Of a stretch of DNA of 64,000 bases, positions 1 to 13,120 are shown piece by piece (position 1 is the first letter of the stretch; each line of letters starts with the position of its first letter). A model generated the notes under the pieces. That model was not told the origin of the DNA and did no database searches. It worked only from the letters and a program-made list of their open reading frames with translations. This stretch comes from the human T2T-CHM13v2.0 reference genome, Homo sapiens. The stretch lies in NCBI RefSeq assembly GCF_009914755.1, contig NC_060931.1; one strand, given 5' to 3'. Made by a program: the position numbers and the translations under genes.

Positions 1-657
1 CATTGAGTGTGGATGCCCTCCAGACCCTGTGGCTTTGCTGGACAGAGAAGTCTTGCACAGGTGAGGAGATGAAGTTGATGTTGGGCTGTGGGGGCCCAAG
101 GGCTCATAAAAATGAAAGAACACATATTTGGGGGCACCCCATGCCACACAAATAAGCACATTTTGGGTAATGGGTTGAGGTGGATGAAAACTCCAGTGGT
201 ATTAGGACTCCGTGGGTATTCTCTGCCCGCCCTCCAATTCTGAACACTCTGTCCTTTTCCCTGAGAAGCCGGGGTGAGCGTGCACAGCAGGGGGCATCCC
301 TGGAAGGGCCCTGGGGCTCCATTCTAAGGGCAGCGCTGGGACGGATGGGTCCATGTTTCAGGAAGGCAGGTGTGTGCCATGCAAAGACCTTCCTACCACG
401 AAACTCCCGAGACGATGGGCCCCAGGGTGCCATCTTCTCTGGGAAAGGCATGTTCTCACCGGGCTGGGCGACTCCCCAGCTGTGACAAGTAGGGAGCCCA
501 AGTGCCCCCAAAACCATCCAAGTGCCACAGGTTCGCCGTGCCATGCCGGGATTACAAGCTTCAACAACGTCACACAGAGATGCAGTTTAGTTTTATTTAT
601 TTATTTTCAATAGTGTGAAGACACAGGCAGACACAAAGGGCAGGAGGTCATACCGAT

Positions 658-770
658 GTGTTTCAGATCCTGGCGTCATCCGAGCTGTCCTGGGTAAGTG
701 ATGCCATCTCTCCAATACCCATGTGCCTTGCCCATAAAATGGGATGATGGCACCTGAGGATTCAAATGCT
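658..770. mobile_element. Degenerate MIR SINE fragment
   Basis: Resembles the MIR core (…cctgggtaagtga…ataaaatgggatgat…gaggattcaaatg). Confidence 0.45.
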
Positions 771-1017
771 CACCATGCAAGGGTGCTCGGAGGCCCTCGG
801 AAACCCGGATCTGTTCCAGACTTTTCTGGAAAGCCCTGCAGAGACTGTTCTCAAGGGCAGAGAGAGGAGGCTCCCCTTCCTGTAATCGGAGTCACGCGAG
901 GCTGACGGGAAAGCCAGGAAAGGGAAGTAAAGGGAATAGGAAGAGCCTGGGGCAGAAGTGAATTTACCAACTCCGGTGCACAGCGACATCAGGAAATGTC
1001 TCACCCCAGTGCTGCAC

Positions 1018-1096
1018 AGGCGCCCGGGCTGTGGATCGCCAGGAGGCCCGGGCTTTGGATCACCAGGAGGCCCGGGCTGTGGATCGCCAGGAGGCT
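1018..1096. repeat. 24-bp tandem repeat, ~3 copies (AGGCCCGGGCTGTGGATCGCCAGG)
   Basis: Read directly from the sequence. Confidence 0.85.
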
Positions 1097-1896
1097 GCAG
1101 CCTGATCCCAGCGTCACTGCTGCGACAGGCACCTCCCTGCCTGGATTCTGCCGCATGGGTGACGCGTCGCTTCCCACCTTCGTCCCCAGCTCGACTCTCC
1201 TTAGGAGCTCCTCTCTGCCAGGCTCGGGGTTGGCTGGTGTGCCCGACACGCGGCCGGTGCCTGTGCTCCTGCGGTAACTCACGGCCACGTTCCAGGTTCC
1301 AGAACCCATTCCTATTCAGCTTTGTCACGTGGCTGGTGAGGGGAGACCCGGGGGCAGCTGGAGAAGGAAGACCCCACCTGCCCTCTGCATGTTGCTCTAT
1401 TTGCTGATGTTTGACATTCACGTCAGCCCTCACGTCTGTGCCTTCATCTGTGTGACCTGGGCTTGCGTCGAGTAGAGAAGCACGGCCTGGCCTTCAGATG
1501 CCCTACAGGACTCCAGGAGAGGATGACAGAGGATGTACTTGGGTCCTGCTGTGACCGCCATCATAACAACGCCATGGACAACAGGCACATTTCAATAACA
1601 TGGAATGACTTACTAACTTTATCCTCGCTGTTTTATAAAATGCAAATGTAAAGTGGCTTAAAAGTAATGATCTTGAAAGCATTAAATCTCTCAAAGGGAA
1701 TTTTTTCATACTCAAGTTTTGGAAAACAAAAGATTGATAATAAAAAATATGAACAGACTGAAATTCTGATATAAGTAACATTTGATGAGCATTTGTAAGA
1801 AGTTTGATTGGCCTAATCAGATTCAAGACATGATTCGTGACCCAGTTATTGAGATCTTCTTTTCAGAAAGAGAGATTTTAATTTAAAAATGTTCAC

Positions 1897-1974
1897 CTGC
1901 CAAAAGTCAGCCACGGTGGCGGGCAGCGGTCCCTGGGTGGCGATGTACGCGGGGTTCCTCGGGTCGTGATCCAT
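1897..1974 (-). CDS. PTPRN2: PTPRN2 coding exon (78 nt, phase 0/0) [26 protein letters not shown]
   Basis: Acceptor TCTCTGCAG|ATG, donor CAG|GTGAAC; YIATQGPL and DFWQ PTP motifs; not present in the ORF track. Confidence 0.96.
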
Positions 1975-2000
1975 CTGCAGAGACAAGACCACACCACAGC

Positions 2001-2365
2001 GGTTAGCCAGGAGATTAGGAAGCCTGGAGGTTAGGAAGCCTGGAGGTTAGGAAGCCAGAAGGTTAGGAAACCCGGAGGTTAGGAAGCCAGGACGTTAAGA
2101 AACCCGGAGGTTAGGAAACCTGGGGGTTAGGAAGCCAGGAGGTTAGGAAGCCTGGTGTTTAGGAAGCCCGGAGGTTAGGAAGCCAGAAGGTTAGGAAGCC
2201 AGGAGGTTAGGAAGCCTGGAGGTTAGGAAGCCAGGAGGTTAGGAAGCCTGGTGTTTAGGAAGCCCGGAGGTTAGGAAGCCAGGAGGTTAGGAAGCCTGGT
2301 GGTTAGGAAGCCCGGAAGTTAGGGAGCCCAGAGGTTAGGGAGCCTGGAGGTTAGGAAGCCAGGAA
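2001..2365. repeat. 16-bp minisatellite GGTTAGGAAGCCTGGA, ~22 copies, immediately upstream (in transcript sense) of the 1974 acceptor
   Basis: Read directly from the sequence. Confidence 0.95.
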
Positions 2366-5021
2366 GCAGAGCCTGGGTTCAGGAAGAGGGAAAGGTGGCA
2401 TCTCCTGAACTGAGCAACACACAACTTGCCCTTTGTTGATTCAAACGAGCACCCGGCACAGGTAGGGACCCAGCTGTCCCGAGCCTTGAGCCTGAACCAC
2501 TGCGTCTGAAATGCTTTCCTTATACCTGAGGTTGAGGTTCTAAGAGCAGCATCAACAGAAATGAAGACCAGTAGCCCAAGGAGGGCAGGCAGCCGTTGTT
2601 AGCCCACTCAGCAGGTGCGACCCCATGACATGGATGAGCTTTCCAGCCTGCAAGTGACCCCAGAGCTTCCTGGCCACGGAGCCCACCCAGGCTGCCCTGT
2701 GTTCAGGAGAACGAGCCTCTTGCTAGAGCCACAGGGCTGGCTGGGGTGAGGCTGAGCTCCAAGCTCTCAATGGAGAGTGTGAACAGGGTTCCTCCAGGCC
2801 TCATGGACAAACTTGCCAGCGTCCTGGGAGAACGAACTAGCGCTACCTGCTGCTTCCCTGCTGGAGTTAACTCGTTGTGTGTGGGGGCTTGTTTTTGTGT
2901 ATCCTGGAAAGGGGGCACAGGCACAGCCGGTCAGCCTGGGCCTGGGTCTGTGGCAGAGCCGGGGCGGAAGGGCCTTGCTGGGAGTGGCCTCCTGTTCTGT
3001 TTCCCCACCAGGCAGGGACCAGAAACAAAGAGGGCAGGTGTGGGCTCTCCGGCTCCCCAGTTTGTCCGAACGCATCTTGCTAGCTCCAATGGGAGAAGGT
3101 TGGCTTAGAAGACCATAATTATTACATTTATTTCGAAGATTAAGCACAGAAAAAAGAACTTGAGGACAAAGCCTTGAGAGGCAAGCGAGATTTGAGCACA
3201 TTGCTGAGGGGCGTCAGATGGAGGTGGTTCTGTCTTCCAGAGGGCAAGCCCAGGCCACCCTGCAAAGGACACGAAGATACCAGGACATCACTATCATCCC
3301 CAGGGCTCACCAGCTCCTCCCCACACCTCCCAGAAGCATCTGCAGAGACCGACCCCCGGAGAGCCGGATGCTGCGCTGGGGGAACCTCACCTTGGGGAGG
3401 CAGCCGCTTGTGCATCTGACGCACAGTCCTTTCTTCTATTGTGTCTAGGACTAAAATGGACTCTTTTGCTATCAGGGTTTGATTCGAGATTTACAATGTT
3501 CAGATTTCAAGGTAATTATTAAGAAAACATTTCTCAACACAGTGAAAAATGAGCAAATTTTAACCCTATGCAATTTTAAGCCAACGCACGAGGACATCAG
3601 TGGTGGCCCCGGTGCTACCTTAAGTGCTGCTGCATTTGGGAAGCTGACGTGGGGCACGTTTTCTTTAACAGCGAGCCAGTGAGTCCCCGTGCAGCCGTCA
3701 CCAGCCCCAGAGATGATGGCTGTCAGCACAAAAGAAGGCACCAAATGCACCTTATAATTATGTTCACCATAAAAGAGGGGCGAGCATAAAGGAACAGATG
3801 TAAGTTATTCTCACAGAACAACACGGTGACGCTAGCCGGGGGCTGGGGGGAAGCAGGGAGAAAAGCTTTTTGTGCATCTGATTTAGTGATTCGTAATTAA
3901 AACTGGACCTCGTTTTGAAATTCGCCACAACACACACAATACAGGTAAAATTATGTTACCGTCGCTGAAAGCCCCAATTAGAATGTTTCAGTAGAAAAAT
4001 GCTTAGCAGAAATAAGTTTTGATTTTTTGAAATATGCATTTGTTGGGGGTGACAGCTATTTACAGAGACCCCTGTCTCTTCCTTGCAAATAGTAATGCAT
4101 GAAAAGGAAAGCCCCGCCTCCTTCTGAAATGTGTGTGTGTGTGTTTTTTTTTTTGCCCAGAGCAATTTCTACAGCAACACATTTTAAAATTGTAAGCATG
4201 TTCAAACTAGCACATTTAGTTGCTTTCAAAATGAGAAATAGGTGATTGAAAGTAAAATGCTGGACAGGGTTGCAGGAGGGTCGATAAGGTGACTGTTGAT
4301 TTAGGTCTGAGTTGTTAAGGTGTCCTAAAGTCCACACACCCATCACCTGCTCCAATGCCTAAGACAGGAGCAAATACAGTCAGGGTGCTGGGAGGGGGAT
4401 GGCTGAACAGGAAGTGTGGGCTGTGCAGACTGAGTGGGGACCGGCCTCACCTCCCTCCCGCCCACCTGCCGTCCTGTGGGGGCCACTGGGAAGGCGGGAA
4501 CAGCATGATGATCCGAGTGGTGACATGTGTCATCGGTTTCACAATAATTCAGGAGACAATTACATTCATTTAATTCCAGGCACATTCTGTTGAACAGAAA
4601 ATTATTCTGGGCAGAAGGATTTTGTGGAAGCAGCAACTGCAAAGGCCACAGGCAGCCTCCTTGTGGTCTCACGCAGGCTTCGAGGAAAAGTCAAGCAAAT
4701 ACTTAACTGGCCACACAGAGATTTTACTACATTTAAGGTTTTCGGGCAGGATAAGTGGCTGTGGAGGAAATCAAGTGAGTTTCTACTAACATTGCTTTTT
4801 CCAATGAGGGCATCTGCGTGACAACCGGACATGGTGGGTGTGTGTCCCTCTGTCTTCCCCACCCAGCGATCACACGGCACCTACTCTGGCTTCCTCCGGT
4901 CTTCATTCTTACCCTTCGCCTCCTACTCATGACTTTCCATTTCATTGCAACATACTTTTTATTTGTATGACTGTTATGTTCCCGACACAAACTGCCCGGC
5001 TGTGGGAAAAGGCCTGTCATA

Positions 5022-5220
5022 TCTCCAGGCCTCAGTCTCCGTATCTGTATGGTGGGTGAGCTCAGGGAGTGAGGAGCTTGGACGTCGGCGTCTCCGGGCC
5101 TCAGTCTCCATATCTGTATGGTGGGTGAGCTCAGGGAGTGAGGAGCTTGGACGTCGGCGTCTCCGGGCCTCAGTCTCCATATCTGTATGGTGGGTGAGCT
5201 CAGGGAGTGAGGAGCTTGGA
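5022..5220. repeat. 69-bp tandem repeat, ~2.9 copies
   Basis: Units start at 5022, 5091 and 5160 and are near-identical. Confidence 0.92.
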
Positions 5221-5660
5221 TGATGCGGTTTCTAAGTGTCCTTTAGCTCTGGATTCCAGTGCACGTGCATGTGCAGACTCGTCTGTGTGTATGTGTGTGT
5301 CCTGGTGTTGGTCATCCCGAAACTGTCCGTGAAAACCTGTAAATTTATTAGGTGAACGCCAAGCTGTCAGGCGGTCTGCGGCCCGTGAACACGCGTCCAT
5401 GCTGTCCTCAGTGAACCACAGAAGGAAGGAAGGATGCTGCTTCCTCAAGCACAGAGCTGCTGTGTCCTCCAGTGGTGTGCGGGGCCAAGCATCTGAATGG
5501 CGAGGTGCGGTCATTTCTGAGCGCTTTCTCCCCAGACAGGGGCTTCTGCAGCAACACATCCCGCCTAGAGAGGCCGGTACCACAGAGAATCCAGTGTGAC
5601 TCACTCCAAGTGACTTCATGAAAATCAACAGCCAGAAGGCAAGTACAATTAACAGTATAA

Positions 5661-5981
<321 letters not shown>

Positions 5982-6493
5982 TAAAAATAAAGCCCATTTG
6001 TCTGTGTTGACTCTGTTATCCCTTGGTTGACTGATTCTTATGAAGATGTCATATGAACTAGGATGCTAGTGAGGTGTGTTCCTCTGTCTCTCTGAATACA
6101 CAGTGTAAAGATGGCCTAGTGATGTGCCTTATGCTATCAGAGGATAATTACTAAACAAGTATCTTTAGAAACCCTAATCTGCATGAAAAACTTAGCCACA
6201 ATTTCCCCAATATTCCAAACAAAGCTCATTTTAGAAATGAAGCACTCAGCATGTCAGGACCACTGGACTGTGTCCTGCAGTCCTCAACAGCCTCCATGGT
6301 GGCAGAGGCACCCACTGCGGGGCAGGTGAAGGGAACGCCAGTTTCTGCTCCCAAACCAGCCCCGGCCTCTGGCAGCTGTGACCTTAACATCTTAAGAGGA
6401 TCTGGCCAGCTTTGGGGAAGGGCATGGGTGTCACGTCTTTACTCTGAAATCTTGCACAGAGAATAAGCACACACCTCATCTGTAGGTATTTCT

Positions 6494-6943
6494 ACCTGCC
6501 CACCTCTCCACCTGCCCACCTCTCCACCTGCCCACCTCTCCACCTGCCCACCTCTCCACCTGCCCCTCTCCACCTGCCCACCTCTCCACCTGCCCACCTC
6601 TCCACCTGCCCACATCTCCACCTGCCTACCTCTCCACCTGCCCACCTCTCCACCTGCCCACCTCTCCACCTGCCCACCTCTCCACCTGCCCACCTCTCCA
6701 CCTGCCCACCTCTCCACCTGCCTACCTCTCCACCTGCCCACATCTCCACCTGCCCCTCTCCACCTGCCCACCTCTCCACCTGCCCACCTCTCCACCTGCC
6801 CACATCTCCACCTGCCTACCTCTCCACCTGCCCACCTCTCCACCTGCCCACCTCTCCACCTGCCCACCTCTCCACCTGCCCACCTCTCCACCTGCCTACC
6901 TCTCCACCTGCCCACATCTCCACCTGCCCACATCTCCACCTGC
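6494..6943. repeat. 16-bp minisatellite (AGAGGTGGGCAGGTGG)n on the minus strand, ~28 copies; Jeffreys 33.15-type unit
   Basis: CCACCTGCCCACCTCT units read directly; identity with the 33.15 consensus is from recall. Confidence 0.95.
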
Positions 6944-7085
6944 CTTTCCTAACATTTAAAGCAAATTGCATGAAACGCTTTCTTGAAAACCACCATTTGA
7001 CTTCTCAAGTCTCTTTTCCAAATACTAAGGCTTAATATGGGAATTTATTGGGAAATTGTAGCTTCAGTAATCAATGGGAGATTGA

Positions 7086-7368
<283 letters not shown>

Positions 7369-9006
7369 GCAGATTGACTTTTGAACTTGAAATATTTTTA
7401 TATCGTATTCTTAGGAGTTGAGATTTACTTAAGTAAAATACTGAATATAAACCATTATTATACACAGAATTTTGGTTGTAAATAACTGAAGTGATTCCCA
7501 TATTTGGCCAATTTCTTATGCTAGTCAGAACATCCAACCTCTCTTCTTTTTCTGAAAAGCCACTCTGTCCCTACATAGTTAAATGCATTCTGAATTAAAA
7601 CTTTAAATGATGTTTTTTTCTCCCTTAATAGACAGTGAAATGAAGAATTAAGCTAGTTTTTACACGTCACTGGGAGTTTCAGAGTTGTCCTGGTAATAAA
7701 GCTTGTGTGCTGTGTTTGAGTGGGCTGTTGCGTGAACACCATTCCTCAACTTGGTGTCCTCAGTAATAATCAGGCTGTTTTAAATGTAGCTCATGGGTTT
7801 CTCTCTCAGACAACCTACGAGGGAAAACAGAATTCCCATTGACTTTCATGACCTCTGATTTAAAAGCAAAGATTGCACATTATTTACCACTGGATGCCTT
7901 CCCTGAAATGTAATGAGGACTAAGTACAAATATGACAGATGTAATTATCATAGTTTTATCCTGCACAGCCAGGGCCTTCCTTTGCTGTAATTGTGAGCTT
8001 TTCATTCAGCTGCTGCTAGGAAGGTAATTATCATTGTACCTTCAGCTATTTCATAAAGAAGAGGCACCATCGATTTCTTCTGCTTCATTCTTACAACCCA
8101 AATTTGGAAAAAAAAAAGAATTGTGGTATGAAATAAAGGAAAGACACAAAATGTACCATAAAATTACTTCTCCCTCCTGGCCTTGCCTTCTCACCCAAGC
8201 TCCTGCCCAGTAAGGCCTGGAGAGGGAGTTGCATGAATGTGCAGGAATTCATCCCCCAAACACACACCCCCTCTGGTTCCCACATGGGATGAAAGCTGTC
8301 CACCGTTTCCAGCTCGACACAGTTGCTGCACTGGGCACTGCTGCCCACGCTGGGGCTTGGCTGTGGCCTGGAATAGCGCAGACATCTGCAAGTTGGAACC
8401 CATCGAGTGGGGGAGAGTGGGCCCAGCTGCAACGCTGAACTCTCGTCTTTTAGGCTTGTGAATCACGGCTTTATTCCTCATTCTGGCTTCATCAAATGGT
8501 TCATCTCAGGGAAAAGGGACCTCAACATGGCTTTTCTTTTCCTTCGGACGGTTTCGTGTTGCCAACTCTGCTGCACATAGTACAGGAACGGAATCCAGGC
8601 GCGCACACCTGGCTTTACCAGAACGCACGTTCTGTTCATCAAGTGAGAGGCTGGCACATCAGCGAGGCTTTGGTTTGATGTTTTTGAATTAGAATTGATG
8701 ACAGAAAAATACTATGTGCATCACATCTTATTAAGGAAGATGAATGAGGATCTTTGAAACCCACACGGAACCAAGCTTGGGAGTCAACCTCTGCTGGAAG
8801 GAAGGAAGTGATTCCTTCTTAAGAATGAACACATAAACAGAAACCTGGGTTCAGGTGGTGTAGACCAAGTACACTAGGCCAGTTCTTCACTTTGAATTCA
8901 GTCTCTCAAAGCTGAACATGCTCACTGTGTGGGCCACGAATTGCGGGAAAACGGGACTGGCTCAGGCATGTGGACATCTTCCCAGCGTGCTTTATCCCAC
9001 AGGTGT

Positions 9007-9447
9007 GCTGAGACCAGCAGAGCCGAGAGCTGAGCACCCTCCACCATCAGTGGCCGCTGAGACCAGCAGAGCCGAGAGCTGAGCACCGTCCGCCATCAGT
9101 GGCCGCTGAGACCAGCAGAGCCGAGAGCTGAGCACCGTCTGCCATCAGTGGCCGCCGAGACCAGCAGAGCCGAGAGCTGAGCACTGTCTGCCATCAGTGG
9201 CCACTGAGACCAGCAGAGCTGAGAGCTGAGCACCCTCCACCATCAGTGACCGCTGAGACCAGCAGAGCTGAGAGCTGAGCGCCATCTGCCATCAGTGGCC
9301 ACTGAGACCAGCAGAGCTGAGAGCTGAGCACCGTCCGTCATCAGTGGCCGCTGAGACCAGCAGAGCCGAGAGCTGAGCACCCTCCACCATCAGTGGCTGC
9401 TGAGATCAGCAGAGCCGAGAGCTGAGCACTGTCCGCCATCAGTGGCC
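9007..9447. repeat. 49-bp minisatellite, 9 copies (GCTGAGACCAGCAGAGCCGAGAGCTGAGCACCGTCCGCCATCAGTGGCC)
   Basis: Read directly from the sequence. Confidence 0.95.
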
Positions 9448-10660
9448 GTGGCCTGCAGGCAGTTGGGCCAATACTTTCATCCAAAGCTCCCTATGGACGA
9501 GCAAAGAAACTTTGGGACACCGTAGGGTGCGATTTGTGCCTCGATCACCTGCCCCGTCTCACTCAGCCCTAGAACAGCATTGCATCCTGCAGGCACCATG
9601 TTTGATTAAAGGCAAATTTGGAATTTTAGTGAGATGTCCTCATCCTTCCCTGAAGACCAGAATTGAGAAGAGCTGTTTAAAGGGGGAAACATGACAACCA
9701 GTGTCCGCCATAAATCTGCATGGAGCCCCAGCCTCTCCACCACTGGTTTAAAGTGCCATCCGCCAGGTCTCCAAAGCCCCGGCCCTGGACAGTGTCCCAT
9801 CCCGCCCCCGCCACCTGCCACCATCACTGCTCATCTGAACACCCAGTCCGAGTGTCCCCAGCCTGTGGCTTCAGCCCTCTCCATGCTCATATCTCTCCCT
9901 CCTCTGCTCACTCTGGGAGGGCTGCAAACCTCCCCATTCAGCCCTGCTCCCCCGACAGGTCATGACAGGGAAGGGGGATGCCCAGAGTTAAATAGGGTGA
10001 GAGCCGCGTCTAGCATGGGCTGAGAGGAGCCCCTGGGAAGTGAGGGACCACAGGCCACAGGGACTCATAACTCACGGCACAGGAGCTGCCACCACACTCG
10101 TCCCCAGAAACACAGGACAGCCCGATCTCCACTGCACCTGCGTCTATCCCAGGGGGAGGAACAGCCAGCAAACGGTCTCTTTCATAAGAAACAGGGTCCC
10201 ATTCACTGGAAATACTTCAGGAAAACGAACCTGAAATTCTGGACCTGCCTCCAAGCCACTGATTGTTACAAAAAGCGTAGACTGAGGCCTCATGTCCCCA
10301 TGCCCCATGAATATACAGGGAATGTGTAGCTCCAGGAAAGAGGAACGGCACCCACTACGAACCTCTCCTAAAAGCCATGTCTTCTAGTCAGGAAACTGTC
10401 CAGTCACCATTGCTGGATGTTCTACAAGTCACGGAACCCACCGCCCAGCGTGAGCCGGGACCCACACGGCTCATAAACAGCCCCGCTGGTGAAGGAACAG
10501 GGGAGTGGCGGGAGCCCAATGGGCAGAGTCGGCCCTGTCCACCGCAGAGACGCTGAGCTGGGTGGGGACGTGATTTCCCCCGAGAACCTTCCCACGTGAT
10601 TTGCCGCGTCCGTGCCACCCAAGGGAAAGCCTGGGGCCCCTGTCCCGGCAGTGCACTTAC

Positions 10661-10734
10661 GATGGGGCTAGCGTTGATGTAGTCTGAGTGGCTGTGGCTG
10701 TTCTCCGCCTTCAGCAGGACCCGGGAGTGGTCAT
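10661..10734 (-). CDS. PTPRN2: PTPRN2 coding exon (74 nt, phase 1/0) (Y)[24 protein letters not shown]
   Basis: Acceptor CCTTGCAG|AT, donor ATC|GTAAGT; DxxRV and DYINAS motifs; not present in the ORF track. Confidence 0.96.
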
Positions 10735-10771
10735 CTGCAAGGACACAGTGCAGGGGTCAGAGGAACATTGG

Positions 10772-10940
10772 CCCACCCAGCAGTGTGAGACCCCCACTTG
10801 GCCTCCAGGGCCCCCCACCCAGCAGCACAGGACCCCTGCCCAGCCTCCAGGGTCCATCACACAGCAGTGTGGGACTCCCAAACAGCCTCCAGGGCCTATA
10901 GCCCAGCAGTGTGGGACCCCTGCCCGGGCTCCAGGGCCCA
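10772..10940. repeat. Diverged 42-bp tandem repeat, ~4 copies, starting ~40 nt upstream of the 10734 acceptor
   Basis: CAGCAGTGTGGGACCCC...CCTCCAGGG recurs at 42-nt spacing (14-aa period in the + ORF). Confidence 0.8.
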
Positions 10941-11666
10941 CCCGCATCCTCTCCCAGGACTCTGCTCACACCCTTCTGAATGTGGTTTCCAATGTTCCTG
11001 CTCCCATCCTCCCCTCCGTTTGTGATCCTCCAGGTGGGAGGCAGACGAACGGCATGTGGGGAACTGGCACAAAGCTCCCGCTCAGCAGAATGGAGATATC
11101 CTGGTGTTTTCCCCCACGTGGAGTTCACACACCAAGGTCAGGGGTTCCTCTGCAGAATTTTATACCATGCTGGCCTTTAAATCACAGACACACTTGGCAA
11201 CACACAGCAGGTAAACAGAAATATGAACGTTAAGCAATCGCCCGCGTTTCAAAATAGAAAGTTTCATAGTCAATGAACAGTTAAGTCCTCAAGATTACTG
11301 GAATTTAGTTTTAAAAGGAGAGTAAGAGACAAATAAAATGCAGATAAAGAGGAAATGGAGGAAAAATGTACTGGTGGAGACTGGCATAAAAACTCGCTCG
11401 GACAGACAGAGTAACCTGACGGCTGCTGAAGCCGGGCGCAGCGGGGGGACAGTAGGCACTTGTGACGTGTGTGATATGAGAGCTGTCTTGGCTTTGGTTC
11501 TGGGATAACCCCCATCCTGCTTGCTGTGGCCGCCCTCCTCTTTGCTCTGTTTTTAGAAACTTCGACAAGCAGAGCTCACAGAGGAGTGGAAGCCGCAAGA
11601 GCCCCTCCTGCACCTCCCAACTCCCTGGTGTGTGGCCGCTTCCTTCTCTCTGCAAGGTGCGCTTTG

Positions 11667-13120
11667 TGTTACAGGATCTTTGGGGTGGTGTTTTTCTGGC
11701 CAGAAATCTCTGTGGCCGGTGGCGCCTTTGCCCAAGTTTTGCTCAGGCTGGGCCTGGCAGGCCACGTTTGGCTCACACTACCAGCCTGGGTCCCATGCCT
11801 GCCAAGGGCGAGTCAGGCATGGAGTGGCGAGGGGTGTGTGAGGAGCACGGGGTCTGGCCACACCAGTCAGGCACGCTGGGTGCTGCAGCAGGGTGGGCAG
11901 CTCCAGGTGCCAGCATGGGTGCGGGCTCTCTGTGAGGCTGCGGCCAGACCAGACACACTGCAAGCAGCTTCCATGGTTGACACTGAGGAACATGGTAGCT
12001 CCTGGAAGTTTGGAGATACCAGGAACCACAGGGTCCCAAAGATGGAGTCACAGGCCTAGCTCCGGGAGCTCCCAGGTCTGGGCTCCCTGAAGGGCTACAG
12101 CTGTTCTCTCCTTCTCTTCACCCACAGTGTGGCGAGCAGGGGGCATGTCTCAGCCCTGTTTGTGCTACAGCTCTTCTAGCCCCACCATTCGACAGGTCCT
12201 GAGTTCTTGTTCTGCGACCAGGAAGAATGAGGTATGGAGACAAGTGGAGGATGAGCAAGATGAAGAGGGGTTTATCGAGCAATAGAACAGCTCAGTCTCC
12301 CACAGGGGGCAGCTCCTTTCTGCAGCCAGGGGGTCCCGATGAGTGTTCAGCTCCTAGCAAAGGGGAGGCTCTGGAGTGGGTAGCTCCTCTCTGCAGCTGG
12401 TCATCCCCATGTCTGCCCAGCTCTGGCTATGCCTGGGGCATTTATGGGCCTCAGAGGGGAGGAAGTACATGCTGATTGGCCCACGAGTGGCCGTGGGCAG
12501 GCCTGGAAAAGGCACCATGAGTTCCCACTCTGATCCACAGGACTTGCAGCCCAGCCCCCAGCCTTCAAACCCTCCCTGGCCTGAAGGTGGTGCTTCATGG
12601 AGGACCTGCCCCCTTTTGCCCAGGAATCTCTGTCTCCTGCTGCCATTCATGGCACCCAGGCTGTTTGTGCCAAGGGGCACCTGCAGGCCAGAGCTGAGCT
12701 GCCCTCAGCCCTCCTTCGGCTTCCCTCCCATGCTTGTTGGTGCCCAAAGTCCAGAGGGGGCTGAGGTGGCAGGGGGCTGGTGTGTCAGCACTGCCCAGAG
12801 TGTCACACCTGCTGGGCTGTGACAGCGCCCGGGCTCAGCCCTGACTTTGCTCCAAGATCAGCATGGGTGCCAACAGCAGGGAGAATCCAGGTAGCAGGAA
12901 CAGGCACTTCCTGCAGGGGCAAGGATCTTCTTCCTGGGTGCCTAAGTGTGCAGGGCTGCCTGGGTCTGCAGCTACGGTTTGGGCAGCTGTAGCTCCTCCC
13001 CAGCGTGGGGGTGGGGGTGGGGTCCTGCCTGCCGCGTGGAACAGGATGCCCAGGTTACGCCTCCCTGCTGCAGCTGGTGTGATGGTAGTGGCCACTCCAG
13101 AGGGCCTGTCACTGCCATCC
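11667..13120 (-). mobile_element. Solo ERV1 LTR, MER52-like, ~1.45 kb
   Basis: The ends TGTTACAGGATCTTTGGGGTG... and ...CTCCAGAGGGCCTGTCACTGCCATC match the recalled MER52 termini; GC-rich body. Confidence 0.75.

Noticed and set aside
9007-9447. CTCF or REST sites in the 49-bp VNTR
   Set aside because: Only partial matches (CCAGCAGAG without GGC; TGAGCACC half-site); too weak to call.
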